Assembly: GCA_043228905.1 (NCBI GenBank)
Contig: JBHGNT010000017.1
Coordinates: 18,104,001 to 18,168,000, forward strand
Length of the DNA stretch: 64,000 nucleotides
Source: Azolla caroliniana
Taxonomy: Eukaryota > Plantae > Polypodiophyta
Direction of reading: 5' to 3'
In this document: piece after piece, positions 1 to 13,850 of the stretch
Numbering within the stretch: the first letter of the stretch is position 1
How the letters are laid out: every line of letters begins with the position of its first letter
The notes under the pieces: generated by a model
What the model was told of the DNA's origin: nothing
What the model saw: only the letters and a program-made list of their open reading frames with translations
The model's database searches: none
Program-made: the position numbers and the translations under genes

Positions 1-396
1 AATGTGTGTAGGCACACACATCCTTTAGACTTCTATCACATACGGCTGTTGTCCTCTCAAAGGTTATTAGATTGTTGTGTAGTGATATACAATATTCCCT
101 CTAGCTTATATTGTCAAGGTGTTTCAAATTATAGAATAAAGGTACTACATCCTTGTTATTAAATATATGCGATATGAGAAGATAGAAGAATAAACAAATG
201 AGTGATGTTTAAATACAAGCTTATGGAGTTTTATTCGTGACAAGTTGCATAAATTATTTCTCTATTATTATGATGTATTTGCCTCGTAACAGACGATAAT
301 TTTGAACACATTTGCTTCAACAACAAACTTGTTGGCTTGATTTGCCCATCTTTCACTTTTTTGTTTCCCTTGGGGTTTTAAATGAATTATGCAAAA

Positions 397-434
<38 letters not shown>

Positions 435-1988
435 TTTGTGTGGTTATTCATGGAACATCTCCTCCACTAGAAGCCAATTCCATTTGTTTTCGGCTATCAA
501 CATATCATACAAATGCATGTGGATGTTCTATATTGGTGGGAAAAAAATTGGCTTCACTAATCACAATCATATTCAGTTAAAAAAAGGGGAAATTATTTTG
601 AATAATTCATCAAATAATTACATACCATTAGATAAAATATTCATGACATTCCTATGCATACATATTTGTCACATGCTCTTTATGACAATGTTACATTTGA
701 ATATCTACAAATAAATGTTTGAAACTCTAGATTTGATAACGGCCTATGGAGTGTATGTGAAGAATATTTTAGTTCAATAAGATAGTGGGTATGGAGAAAA
801 GAGAGAGAGAGAGAGAGAGAGATTGTTTTTATGTGCAGAGGAGATTGATTGTGATCTATGGGTCAAGGCATAACCCATGGTGAGGATCGAACTTGGGTTC
901 TTTGAATTTCATGACTTTGACGCCACGGTGTAAATGCTTGTTTCACACATAAACTTCAAAGAAGTTGACAGCTTGACCTTGGAACAACTTTTCGCTATGA
1001 AATTTGATGAATGCCATGGGCTCATTCTACTTTATAAGCCACTCACTTTTAAGACAGTTGTAACAAACAATTTTGTCATTGTCATTGTGACAAACCAAAT
1101 TCTTGTACAAAACCATATGATTTTCGTGTATGCATTAGATATTTGCATTTTGACAATCATAGACGTAACAAAAATAATGGCAAGGTCTTTTTTACACTTA
1201 TCCAATCACGTTATCTTTCTTGAGAATGCTCGTGGCCCTTATTTTTTTGTTGTTAGTGCTAAGGGTTTCATCGTATATAAAATAATACTAAACCTGTCTT
1301 TTTCGTCTTTTTCTCTCCCATGTCTGACTATTTTTTGCTTGCATTATATGATCTACCACTATCTTTTGAGACACTTCTCATAATCAAACCTTTTCCTCTT
1401 TCCACCTGAAGGTGTGCCCCTTGGCTTGAAGGCTAGACTATTGGTACTCTTTCTCTCATTTATTAGACTAGCCAACCACCATATAAACCATGTGGCCTTC
1501 AAGAGAAAATATACAAGTTATTCTTCATATTAAGGGAAATATCAAAACTATCTTGTTTATTTTGAGCTATCAAATATACCTTGCTCAAAACATGATGTAT
1601 TCATGTAGTAAAATGATACTCTCACCATATTTCTTTTTGTTGTTTTTTTCTAGAAAAGACGATTATATAGTAGTAATTGTACGAAGATCCTTTTTTGTAA
1701 CATGATACATTTCAATCGTTGATGCCACATATATTAAGGAATGCGAGATGAGATATACAAGGAAGGTTGAATATCTATGGTTGAAAAGGATTTGGATTAA
1801 TATGGAAAATTACTAGGTGTAGGCAATGGTTCGGTTTAGGCTTAACTGGTTTGGCCTTATCCAAGCCAAACCGTTTTGGGGTTCTCAAACCAGAACCAAA
1901 CAAAACCAAACCGATCCCTAAACCGGTTTGGGAACCTCACTATTTTTTTTCTTCCCCTCAACCTCTAATAACATCATCATCTCTCATA

Positions 1989-2133
1989 TACAAATATTTG
2001 ATAGCACCACTATCACCATCACCATCTGAGATACAAATATTTGATAGCACCACTACCACCATCACCATCTGAGATACAAATATTTGATAGCACCACTACC
2101 ACCATCACCATCTGAGATACAAATATTTGATAG
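1989..2133 (+). repeat. Tandem repeat, ~43-bp unit x3.5
   Basis: ATACAAATATTTGATAGCACCACTACCACCATCACCATCTGAG repeated. Confidence 0.9.
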
Positions 2134-2399
2134 TTATAGAGACATGCATGCCAATTTCCATACTTCTATAAAACACCTTGCTTGCTAGTACATGGTGTTG
2201 GGCATATCCACTCAAGTGGAGCTCACAACTCTGAGCCGAAGGGCTGATTGGGAATCGGCTGCCTGTCAGCAAACGGTTGAGCATACAACCGATTGGGAGT
2301 CGGCTGGGCACCGAATTGGCTTAGGGCCAAAAAGGGGAAAAATTATACTTATATTTATATATACATATATGTGTGTCTATACACTACTTTTCCTTTGTA

Positions 2400-3350
2400 T
2401 GTTTTTTGGTGTGTGTCATTTTGTGTGTGTATGTGTGTGTGTGAACACAAGTACATAGACGTTGGACAACAAGGAGAAAAACATAAAAAGGAGAAGGGGG
2501 AACGAGTGGGCTGATCTGATTTTTTTGCGCACATAGAGCAAATCAGAAAACAGAGAGAGCAAAAACAGAAATAGAGAGGAAAAACAGCAAATAGAGAATG
2601 AACGAGAACAAGAGAAAGAGAGTTCTACGGAAGTGGAGGAGACAAAGACTTGTGAGGAGTTGGTCGTGCTGACAGAGAATGACTGTGCAACACCTCTCCT
2701 GTCTACTCACATTAGGTTACTTCATTTCATGTTGTTGACTTGTTTCCTATTTGGCTAGTTTTTTTATCCACCTAGTTGGGTGAAGTACTGTAAGGTTATA
2801 CGCTTGGTAAATCCACCCAATAGGGTGAGGATCGTAGCCAAGGTTGTTGCCTTGAAGGTAATATATTTCTTCTAAACAAAAACCTAGAGAGAAGACTAGC
2901 ACATTCCTTGTGCTTATTGTTGTTGGTTAATCCACCCGATCGGGTGACGATTGTAGCCAAGGCTATTTTGCCTTGAGGCTAGCACATTCTTATGGTTATT
3001 GTCATTGTATCCACCCAATCGGGTGAAGAGTGTAGCCATGGCTGCTGCCTTGAGGCTAGTACATCGTCTCTAGTCAAAACCTAGAGAGTCCGTACACAGT
3101 TTGTAATCGTTGTTATTCTATCCACCCGATTGGGTGAAGGTTGTAACCAAGGCCATCGCCTTGAAGTAGATACACCCCTCTAGTGAGGTCGCATTCCATT
3201 GTAATCTACATTATAGTGAAGTTGTTTGGAACCTACAGTTCCCGTGGTTTTTCCCTATTTTGGGTTTTCCACGTTAAAAATCTTGGTGTACTCTCATTTT
3301 GTCTTGTGGCATCTATTGTTTAATTTGTCTTGATTGAGTTGGTAGTCCAA
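2400..3350 (+). mobile_element. LTR-like fragment inside the hAT-like element (boundaries uncertain)
   Basis: CCCGTGGTTTTTCCC...GGGTTTTCCACG motif at 3241-3273 also seen in copia LTRs (e.g. 14351-14381); five ATCCACCCRATYGGGTGA...GCCTTGA-like repeats at 2767-3165. Confidence 0.5.
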
Positions 3351-3517
3351 ATCATCCCGATTCCACTCCATATTCCCATCACATGGACATGGCTTGCCCT
3401 AGGCCTTGCCACCATAGCCACCTTAATTCGAGCTTTCTTCACTTGGCCTCGTCTTTACGAACCTCTCTCTTCTTCCCTACTCACCTCCTCCCACAAATTA
3501 ATCCACTATGTAGTATA

Positions 3518-3575
<58 letters not shown>

Positions 3576-6306
3576 TCTAACCAATTTCAAACTTTGAAGT
3601 TTTTCTCTAACCTAAGTAGTAAACCACATAAACGGCTTAGCCGGTTTGAGACGGTTCGGCAAGGCTCAAGCCAAGCTGAACCGAGCTCTAACCATTTAGC
3701 CAAGGTCAAGCTTAAGTCGAGCTGAATAGCTAAGCCACTAAGTCGTTTAAAACCAGTTTAGCTAAGTGGTTTAGGCTTGAGCTGAGCCGATCCCTAAAAA
3801 TTACAAGTAAAAATTTGCAATTGTACTAGAATGGTTAATGCAAATGGTGCATCATATATGGAATGGCATGTATGGGTTTACATATAGAAAAAATAACAAA
3901 AATAGTGTGATTGGCTTTTAAACTTTTTTTAGAAGGTACCTTTGATCTCATACACACCTTTCCCTCAACCAATAGACTTTAGAATCAAATGATCAGTAAA
4001 CATTTGGTCATGTGCCATTCTATTCAATGTGCTTTTTTTTAAATGTTCATGACAAAATTACATCAAATTTTGTGGCTTACACGTACACGACCGACATAGT
4101 TTTACCTCCACATTGATATTGTTGAGCTGGATGGATCGAACCGATGTGTACCCTATTAGAACAAATCAGACGAGAGTGGTTGTCAATCACCCCCGAGCCT
4201 CTAGCTTCCTAAGCTTCTTCTAACTAGAAGTTGCACAAATTCTCTCTTGCGTTAATTCTCTCTTAATAGGAGATTAACACTTCAATGCACATGCACATAA
4301 GAAGATCACAAGATAATATAAAACCCTACTAGCACTCGTACTTAAAGAAGATCATGAGATAATATAAACACCATGCTAGCACTCACACATAAGAAAGAGA
4401 TTAAGTTAGTTCGTTTAAAAAGTTTCTCATCTCTCAAGATATAAGTGAAGTGTTTGAGCCGGAGTTGCATAGTGTAAAGAAATGGAGTCGATGGTATAAT
4501 GCAGCGGAAGACAAACGTGTGTGTACAACAGAGAGAGAGTGAGATAGAGAGAGCTCAAGACAGAGATAGAGAAAACGGTAGATTGTATTAACAATAAAAG
4601 TACTTCCAACACACAACTAAGTTACAATGAATTGGTTTAAATACCAACTAAGCTAGGGCAAGTGCCCTTTCTATTATTTACAAAACTAGCCTGGAATGTC
4701 CATGAGCTAGTGTGAAACCTATTCCTATGGGAAGTTGAGTTCGATTCTCAACACGCCCCTTCGAACACAACTTCCATCTATCAAAAAGTTGTTCGGTTTG
4801 TACTTCGACTTGACTAGTCGGCTGCGTGGAGTACGCGATCGTGTATTGCATGCGTATCATTGCGTACTCCTTCCATGTCGTCGCGTATAGTACTCCCCCT
4901 CAAGCTTGACAATGTATATGTCGTGAGACCAAGGTCTGAAGCGAATTGCTCAAGCTTGTCAATGCCTAAGGCCTTCGTAAAGATATTAGCGACTTGTAGG
5001 TGTGTGCTGATGTGTTGGAGATCGATTTCTCCAGCCTGTACGTGCTCACGGATGAAGTGGTAGTGCACTTCTATGTGTTTGGTCCACGCATGAAACACGG
5101 GATTCCGTGCCAAATGAATACTTCTCATGTTATCGTAGTAGAGGTGTATTGGATCTTTGATGGGTACGCATAGATCCTTTAGTATACGCTTAAGCCATAC
5201 GGCTTCGCATGCCCCTGTATTCGGCTTCTGCGCTCGACAGTGCGATTATCGATTGTTTCCTGCTGCTCCAGGAGATCGCTCCACTACTGAGGGAGAAGAA
5301 GAATCTGGATGTGGATCGTCTATCCGCTTTATATCCTGCCTAGTTTGCGTCTGTGTACCCGTTGAGTCGAATAGCCGCATTCGACTTATATAAGATGTCG
5401 TGATCCATTGTCGTACTGACATATCGTAGTATCCTCTTAACACAGTCGATATGAAGGTTTCATGGATTCTACATAAATTTGCTAAGTAGGCCAACCGAAT
5501 AACTGAGGTCGAGTCGCGTAATGGTTAGGTAGATTAGACTGCCGATCAGTTGTCGATATTGAGTCGGCTCGCTCTCGGCTGTGCCAGAGCTGGCATCAAT
5601 CTTGAGATTACGATCAAGAGGGGTGAACATAGGTTTGCACTCTGTCATTCCGAATTTGTATAGTAAATTGAGGACGTAGTGCCGTTGTGAGATCATTATC
5701 CTGACTGGTGTCCGAATTACTTCAATACCTAGAAAGTAATGAAGTTCGTGCAAGTCCTTCATTTCGAATCTACCGGAAAGAAGTGATTTAACTTTGTTAA
5801 TCTTGGCGAGATCCTTTCCTCTGATGACTAGACCATCCACGTACAGGATGATGATGATGATCGGGCTATTCGACTCGTTTCGGATGTACAGAGAGGTGTC
5901 GGATTTTGACATCCGAAATCCGACTTGATGAAGATACTGCGTGATCTTCGAATGCCAAGCACGCAGTGCTTGTTTGAGGTTGTAGAGTGGCTTCTTGAGT
6001 CGGCATATGGTGTGCGGATGATTATGCGATTCGAATCTGGGTGGTTGTACCATGTACACCTTTTCTTTAAGCTCTCCTTGGAGGAATGCGTTTTTCACGT
6101 CCATCTAATGGAGGTGCCACCCTTTCGCTGCGACGAGAGCTATTATGGTTCGCACAGTTGTCATCTTTGCCACTGGGGCAAATGTTTCTTCGTAATTTAT
6201 GCCGTGGGTTTGCGCATATCCTTTTGCGACAAGACTTGCTTTGAAGCGATTTACGGTGCCATCGGCATTGTGCTTCACCTTGTAAATCCATATGCAGCCA
6301 ATCGCT

Positions 6307-6949
6307 TGTTAGGAAACAGATCCCTCCGGATGGGAAGTGAGAAGGCCGAAACCGGATGAGGAGTACTCGGCTACGGAAGACCCGATGAGAACCGGATGAG
6401 GAGTACCCGACAACGGAAGACCTGGTGAGAACCGGATGACGTGTGCCCGGCAAGCGCCGGATGATGCAGGCCCGGTGAGGAGTGCTCATTGGATGAAGGG
6501 ACATATTCATAAATACGTTTCTGAGAGTCCATCTGGACTATATTTGTAAATAGCCGAAAAGTCATATTAGTATAAATATGACTTAGGGCAAACTTTGTAT
6601 GGGTATGTTGTCATTCTTGTTGGCGCAAGACTAGAGAGAGCGTAACAGTGTACAGAGAGAGAGAGAGAGAGAGGAAGAGGTCGTTGCCTTTGTTGTAACC
6701 GCCGCCTGTGGCAAAGATCGTGAGCACGAGGTCGTTGCCTCCGTGAGCTCACTGTTGTAATCATTGTGATATAGTGATAGTTTGGAGTTTGTGGACTCCT
6801 GTGGTTTTTCCCTCTTAGGGTTTTCCACGTTAAACATCCTGTGTACTCTTCTCTCCTTTGTGTCGTGCGTTTCATTATCCGTTTTCTGTGTTCGATTTTA
6901 GACTCGGTTGTGGCCGAGTGTTGTGGAAAGGGAGCGTGTGTTCCTGTCA
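6307..6949 (+). mobile_element. Solo LTR (Tnt1-like copia family) inserted in RT of A
   Basis: TGTTAGG...CTGTCA, TSD TCGCT on both sides; same family as 33916-34620. Confidence 0.92.
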
Positions 6950-8187
6950 TCGCTTTCTTGTTCAGGGGGAGAGGAACAAGATCCCATGTCGCGTTCTTGC
7001 ATAACACTTCCATCTCCTTAGTCATCGCGTTGATCCATCGTGGATCCTTTGTGGCTTCGGACAGTGTGTCTGGTTCCCGTACTGATGCTACCTTCATCAT
7101 GAACGTGTAATGATACTCCATGTATTTGTTGTAGCCGTAGTGGGTTATGGGGTTCCTTTCACGCGTGGAGCAGCGCGGCTTTTCGTTTGTGGATTTGAGA
7201 GCTTTCTTTGCACCGTTTGTATGTATGTCAAGGTTTTCAAACTCACTGTCAAGATCGAAATGATCTTTGTATTCCTGCATTTTCGCCTTGCCTTTGTCTA
7301 GCTTTGGACTCGGCCGAGATGTGCTTTGATCACTTGGGGGCTCTTGTGGTCCACTCAGCCGTGTCGTAATTGGGTTTTCTTTGTGCATATGCGTGAGATG
7401 ATCTTCTTCCTCCATATCGATTACGACAAAATCAGGGTCAATTAGGGCTGTGATCGGAATCGTCTCTGGTGTGTACCATGATGCTTATTCGTCGAATACT
7501 ACGTCTCGACTTGTTCGAACTTTTTGGATAGATGGGTTGTAGCATTTGTAGCCCTTTTGTTCGAGCAAGTATCCCATGAGGATACATTTCTTTGACTTTG
7601 GATCGAGCTTTTGCCGTGTATCGTCGGGAATGTGCACATAGGCGATTGAGCCGGAAAGGCGGACATGTGATAAGTCCGGCTTCTTTCCAAAGAACTTCTC
7701 ATGAGGAGTTATGTCGTGCACTCCCGAGGTTGTGCACCTGTTCATGAGGTATATGGCCGTGTTTGTTGCTTCTGCCCAGTACAATTTCGGCAGGTTCTTC
7801 TCATTCATCATGGCCTGTGCGACTTCGACAATGTGCCGGTTTTTGCGCTCTGCTACGCCGTTTTGTTGAGGCGTGTGACGGCATGAGAATTCTCGTCGGA
7901 TACCTTCTTTTCGGAGATACGTCGTGAACTCATCCGAAAAGTATTCTTTGCCTCCATCTGATCGAAGGCAGCGTACGTGCCGGCCCGTGACTTTTTCCAC
8001 TTCGGCTTTGAACTTCTGGAAGTGGCTGAACACTTCACTCTTTTGCTTCAATGGATAAATCCAAGTATTTCTGGAGAAGTCTTCGATGAACGTGACATAG
8101 TAACTACAACCGTTGAAAGTAGCTGTTTGGGCTGGTCCCCACACATTTGAATGTACGACATCCTATATCCCTTTGCTCACATTCCGC

Positions 8188-8821
8188 TGTCGTGGAGAAA
8201 ACCGGCCATAGGAGGAAACAGGGAGAAAGGACACAGGAACCGACCCTGACGCGTGGCCGCACTATTTATTAAGTTCTACATAACTAGGCATGTTTCGGCC
8301 GATATAAATATACTAGGTAGTGCGAATTCATTAGGTAGGGAATCGAAGAGGATCTCAGTCCGCTAGGACAGAGAATAAATGTGATGTAACAGTCTGTAAC
8401 GGTTTCCTCTCCTTGTGCTATAAAGGGAGAGGAAAAGGGGCTGAGGAGTGGAGGACGTTTTGGGGCAAGGACGAGGTGTTGTTGGACTGGGAACCGAGCT
8501 CTCTCTTCCTCTATCATCATTCTCCACAAGGTTGCAACCGTTGTAATTGCTGCTGTTATTGTTATAGAATCTCTTGTTTTCCACCTATCTATGTTATCCG
8601 TGTTCTGGGAGTCTCTTCTTTCATCTCTCTCAAGTGTGCTCCTTGATTGAGTCGGTATACGAGTTGGTGGTTCAATCAACGGGCAAGTGTCACCGATTGT
8701 TGACAGGTCTAGCAGACCTTACACTTGCGCGCTTCTCGCTTCCTCTTGTCTCGCTTGCTCCTTGGTTCAGGGCCCCTATGGTCCCGCCTTATTTCACACG
8801 CGAAAGTGAAACAACATGACA
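8188..8821 (+). mobile_element. Solo LTR with 4-bp TSD inserted in the integrase N-terminus of A
   Basis: TGTCGTG...CATGACA termini; TSD CCGC; removing it restores PKERNV; TATA CTATAAAG at ~8419. Confidence 0.85.
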
Positions 8822-10052
8822 CCGCTCTTTTGGGAATGGATGATGACGTTGCTTTCTGAATTGGCATGCTTCGCACACGCCCGTGATCTCCTTTGCCGTA
8901 AAGTTCGGGAGTCCGATTACGACTCCTTTCGTTTGCATGTTTTGAAGCTTCTGGAGATTGATGTGGCCGATTCTCTTGTGCCACACAATTTTAAGTCGGT
9001 TTTGACTTTCTGGCCCTTTGTGTACATAGCCGACTTTACCTCGCTCGACTCGAGGATGAACATACGGCCTTCTCTGCGGCCGTGAGCTACGATTCGTTTG
9101 CCTTTTTCAATGAAGCACCCATCGTTGTTGAAGAGTACCTGCATTCCTTGTTCTACAATCTGGCCGACTGAGACCAGATTTTTCATGATGGTGGGAACAT
9201 GCAGTACGTTCTTGAGGTAGGTTTGTTCGCCATCGTTTTCGAATGGGACATTCCTGATATGCTGTATTGGATGAGTCGTATCATTGCCTATTTCGACATA
9301 TCTGGGACGTTCGGGCTTCCATAATTCTCGAAACCAATCTACATGAGACGTCATGTGATTTGATGCTCCTGAATCAACAAACCATATGCTATTTGGAGTG
9401 GAGGCGCTAGTTGACGCAAGCGTGGACATTGAGTGCGCTTCGTGCTTCGTTATGAACATTCCGCCATGGTCGCCGTAATCGGAGTTCGTAGTGTAATTTG
9501 TCAGCTGTCGGCCTTGCTCACGCTTCTTCTTCCGGCACTCCTCTTCGTAGTGGCCGGGTTTTCCGCAGTACCCGCACTCGACTGGGTTTCGGCGATTGCT
9601 CGGTCCGACGTTATGACTCCCCCTTCCGCCAAACTCTCTGGGACCATTTCTGTCCGTTTGCCATTGGTGATTTCACCGATCATTATGGCCTTGTCCGACT
9701 GGGAGTAGAGCATATCACCATCTGGTGCGTTGCTCCTCTGTCGGGTGTGATTCTCTTCGACCAGTAGTATCGACTGAAGCTCGAAAAAGGAGGGAGGATT
9801 CTGTCTTGCGAGAATGGCTGACCTAATCGCACCGAAACGTGGTGCTAAGCCTCTGAGGCATATCTACACCAGTTCGTCATCGTCAATGACGACGTTGATT
9901 GATCCGAGGGCATCACATAACTCCTTGATCTTCAAGGTGTAGCTCCTTGACATGTCCCTCTGTTGGACGCCATTCAACTCCTGACGAAGTTCGAGCTTGC
10001 GTGCGGCCGTATTGGCTACGAAAATCTTTTTGAGGTTTTCCCACGTCTGCTT

Positions 10053-10814
10053 TGACGGGAACCCAACGACCCTTATGCGCGACGCTCGGCCACAACCGAG
10101 CATAGAATGATACACAAAAAACGGGAAATAAAACAAAACACAAAGGAGAGGAAGATACACACACACTACATAGGAGGTTTACGTGGAAAACCCCAAACTA
10201 GGGGAAAAACCACGGTAGTCCACAGGCTGCAAACTGTCACTATGTAAGAATGTACAAAAACAGTGAGTCCACGGAGGCAACGACCTCGTGCTCACGATCT
10301 TCGCCACAGGCGGCGGTTACAACAGAGGCAACGACCTCGATCTCTCTCTCTCTCTCTTTGTACAATTACGCACTCTAATTTCGTGCAAAACAGAAAATGA
10401 CAACAACTACTAAAAGTTTGCCCTAAGTCATATTTATACTAATATGACTTTTCGGCTATTTACAAATATAGCCTCGATGGGCTCTCAGAAACATATTTAC
10501 GAATATGTCTCTTCCTCCGGTTCTCCACCATCCGGCTCTCCGTAGCCGGGTACTCCTCATCCGGTTCACACCGGGCTTGCACCATCCGGCTCTCCGTAGC
10601 CGGGTACTACTCATCCGGTTCATACCGGGCCTGTATCATCCGGCTCTCCGTAGCCGGGTACTCCTCATCCGGTTCACACCGGGCCTGTATCATCCGGCTC
10701 TCCGTAGCCGGGTACTCCTCATACCGTTTCGGTCTCGGCCTATCGGCCTCGGCCGAGTTTGTTCGTCGGCACTGTTCTTCTCCCTTCCCATCCGGAGGGA
10801 CCTGTCTCCCAACA
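10053..10814 (-). mobile_element. Solo LTR of family B inserted in gag of A
   Basis: TGACGGG...CCCAACA, TSD TGCTT; 54-bp internal tandem repeats; near-identical to 21839-22587. Confidence 0.93.
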
Positions 10815-11902
10815 TGCTTTAGTGTTTTTGCCTCTCGAATGTAGCCAAGCATATAATCATGAACACATGATGCGAGGCAATACAACACACGGCTCTACTC
10901 CCAAGCGGGATAATCAACATGTGTTAGTTTGGGTTGCGTTTCGTGAGCTCCTGCAATGTAGCTCCAGTAACCTTGTCCAACAAGGTATTGATGCATCTTG
11001 TACTCCCAAGATGCAAAGTTTGTTTTGTCGAGCTTCTCCGTAGGAAGAGCACTTCCCATCTGAGTGTTCATGGTGATTTCTTCTTCTGTTGATTAGCCGG
11101 TTTTGTTGATCTTCGGCGTGCAACACAACACAATCGAATAGGCGTGATCAGACAACCTAGCTCTGATACCATGTAAAGAAATGGAGTCGATGGTATAATG
11201 CAACGAAAGACAAACGTGTGTGTACAACAGAGAGAGAGTGAGATAGAGAGAGCTCAAGACAGAGATAGAGAAAACGGTAGATTTTATTAACAATAAAAGT
11301 ACTTCCAACACACAACTAAGTTACAATGAGTTGGTTTAAATACCAGCTAAGCTAGGGCAAGTGCCCTTTCTATTATTTACAAAACTAGCCTGGAATGTCC
11401 ATGAGCTAGTGTGAAACCTATTCCTATGGGAAGTTGAGTTCGATTCTCAACACATAGAGATAAGGTATGATCCTTATGATTGAATATTGTAACTTTGGTA
11501 AATAAATTATCGTATTCTCAATTTAATAAAGCATATTTTTATGATATACTCTTTGCTTCTTGAATCATATACTATCTCCATCTCTTGTTTGTACTTAGCT
11601 CTCTCTCTTTTCATTACAAACTCTCCTTGCTCATAACCCTAGCAGTTCGATGCACCAGTCACGCACTCTTTGACAATGCTACACTTTTGAAAGTAGTTTT
11701 TTGAAGTCAGTTCAATGCAACATGTTTTTACACAAACTTGGTGGACCAATTACAAGTATGCCACAAATGACAACAAGAATTCGAATAACTCAAGCTAGGA
11801 GATGGGTGTCCACAAATAGACAAAAAATTTAATCTATGGCTTCTATCCTTTGAGAGCTCACAACCCCCCCCCCCCCCCCCCCCCATCCAGTAGTACTAAT
11901 AC
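10361..11902. repeat. Local segmental duplication (partner copy ~22147-23684)
   Basis: LTR-B half, 5' end of A, LTR-A and ~450 bp flank ending in poly-C + CATCCAGTAGTACTAATAC occur twice with few differences. Confidence 0.92.
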
Positions 11903-13850
11903 AGTTACGCACTCTAATTTCGTGCAAAACAGAAAATGACAACAACTATTAAAAGTTTGCCCTAAGTCATATTTATACTAATATGACTTTTCGGCTATTT
12001 ACAAATATAGCCTCGATGCGCTCTCAGAAACATATTTACGAATATGTTTCTTCCTTCGGTTCTCCACCATCCGGCTCTCCGTAGCCGGGTACTACTCATC
12101 CGGTTCATACCGGGCCTGTATCATCTGGCTCTCCGTAGCCGGGTACTCCTCATCCGGTTCACACCGGGCCTGTATCATCCGGCTCTCCGTAGCCGGGTAC
12201 TCCTCATACCGTTTCGGTCTCGGCCTATCGGCCTCGGCCGAGTTTGTTCGTCGGCACTGTTCTTCTCCCTTCCCATCCGGAGGGACCTGTCTCCCAACAA
12301 ACTCCCCCTTCACTCCGGCATGGGGTGTCTTACCAGTCCGATTCTCTTCTGACATGCATCCAGCTTGTCGGGTGTCAGCACTTTGGTCAACATATCTGAC
12401 CCGTTCTCAGCCGTGTGGATCTTCGTCAGTGCGAACTCCTGGTCATCTACTCTTTCCCGGATCCAGTGATACCTCCGCTGGATATGCTTCGTCCGGGAAT
12501 GGTAGGCCGCATTTTTAGCAAGGTGGATTGCACTTTGACTGTCGCAATAGAGTCGGTATTCCTCTTGTCGTATACCGAGCTCTCCGATGAAGTCCTTCAT
12601 CCATAAAATTTCCTTGCCGGCTTCCACAGCTGCCATGTACTCCGCCTCCGTGGTTGACAATGCAACCGTCTTCTGCAGCCTCGACTGCCACGAAACAGCT
12701 CCCCCTGCATATGTCATTACATACCCGGATGTAGACCGGCTGGTATCCACATCAGCCGACATGTCCGAATCGGTGAAACCGTCCAGTTGAGGTTTTCCGG
12801 AGCCGAATCGGAGACACATATTTGAAGTGCCCTTCAAATACCGGAGTATCCATTTGACTCCGTTCCAGTGCTCCTTGCCGGGATTACTCATGAACCGGCT
12901 CACCACTCCGACTGCGTGTCCAATATCCGGTCGGGTACAAACCATTGCGTACATCAAGCTCCCGACGGCAGAGGCATATGGAATCTTCATCATATCTGCC
13001 TTCTCTCCTTTCTTCTTCGGGCTTTGCTTGCCGGATAGCTTGTAGTTTGCCGGAAGTGTCGATCCGACCGGTTTTGCATCTGACATGTTGAACCGGTGAA
13101 GCACCTTTGTCACGTACTTCTCCTGTGACAGCCATAATTGCTTCACTGACTGGTCCCGAATGATGTGCATCCCCAACATCTGTCTTGCCGGACCCAAGTC
13201 TTTCATTGAGAAGGTCCGGTTGAGAGCCTTCTTCAGCATCCGTATTTTGACTTGGTCCCGTCCGACGATCAACATGTCATCCACGTACAAGAGGAGTATC
13301 AGGAAGTCCCCTCCTTCGAACTTATTCACAAACACGCAGTGATCGGTCTGCGTCTTGTGGTACCCTTGATCGGTCATGAAGGAGTCGAACTTCCGATACC
13401 ATTGCCGGGGAGCCTGCTTCAATCCGTATAGGCTCTTCTTCAACCGACATACCAGGTGCTCCTTCCCTTTCTCCACAAATCCTTCCAGTTGCTGCATGTA
13501 GATCTCCTCTTCGAGGTCGCCGTGAAGGAATGTCGTCTTCACGTCCAGCTGCTCTACCTCGAGGTCCATGCTTGCTGCTATACTCAGCACCGTCCGGATG
13601 GAGGTCATCTTTACTACCGGGACGAATATCTCGTCGAAGTCCACGCCCTTCTTCTGCTGGAACCCCTTCACCACGATCCTGGCTTTGTATCTCGGGGGGT
13701 TGCCGGCATCTCCCGGTTTCAACTTGTACACCCACTTGTTTCGGAGTGCCCGCTTTCCTTTCGGCAGCTCCACCAATTCGTACGTATGGTTCTCATACAG
13801 GGAATCCATCTCATCCTGCATGGCACTTAACCATTTTCGGTTGTGGGTGT

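Larger units (their letters stand above)
1814..3796. mobile_element. Non-autonomous hAT-like DNA element carrying captured internal sequence
   Basis: Begins TAGGTGTAGGCAATGG, ends ...GCCGATCCCTA; perfect 8-bp TSD AAAATTAC (1806-1813 / 3797-3804); subterminal AAACCG/CGGTTT motifs; ends resemble the short copy at 49428-49695. Confidence 0.75.
4473..11452 (-). mobile_element. Ty1/copia LTR retrotransposon A (degenerate gag-pol, three nested solo LTRs)
   Basis: 281-bp LTRs 4473-4753 and 11172-11452 (TGT..ACA); TSD CATAG; PBS TGGTATCAGAGC (tRNA-iMet) 11160-11171; PPT next to 4754; PR FVDSGAS, IN RSDGGKEY/NGVAERKN, RT DVKNAFL..LYVD, RH fragments with frameshifts. Confidence 0.95.

Noticed and set aside
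382-1705. ORFs of 110, 149 and 71 aa
   Set aside because: Microsatellite- and AT-derived composition with no recognisable domain; possibly decayed repeat DNA
10505-10822. HPALRSRVLLIRF repeat ORFs (also at 12044 and 22278)
   Set aside because: Translation of the 54-bp LTR tandem repeat, not a gene
11863-11884. Poly-C tract (also 23643-23664) as a functional G-quadruplex
   Set aside because: Simple homopolymer; relevant only as a possible breakpoint or assembly hazard
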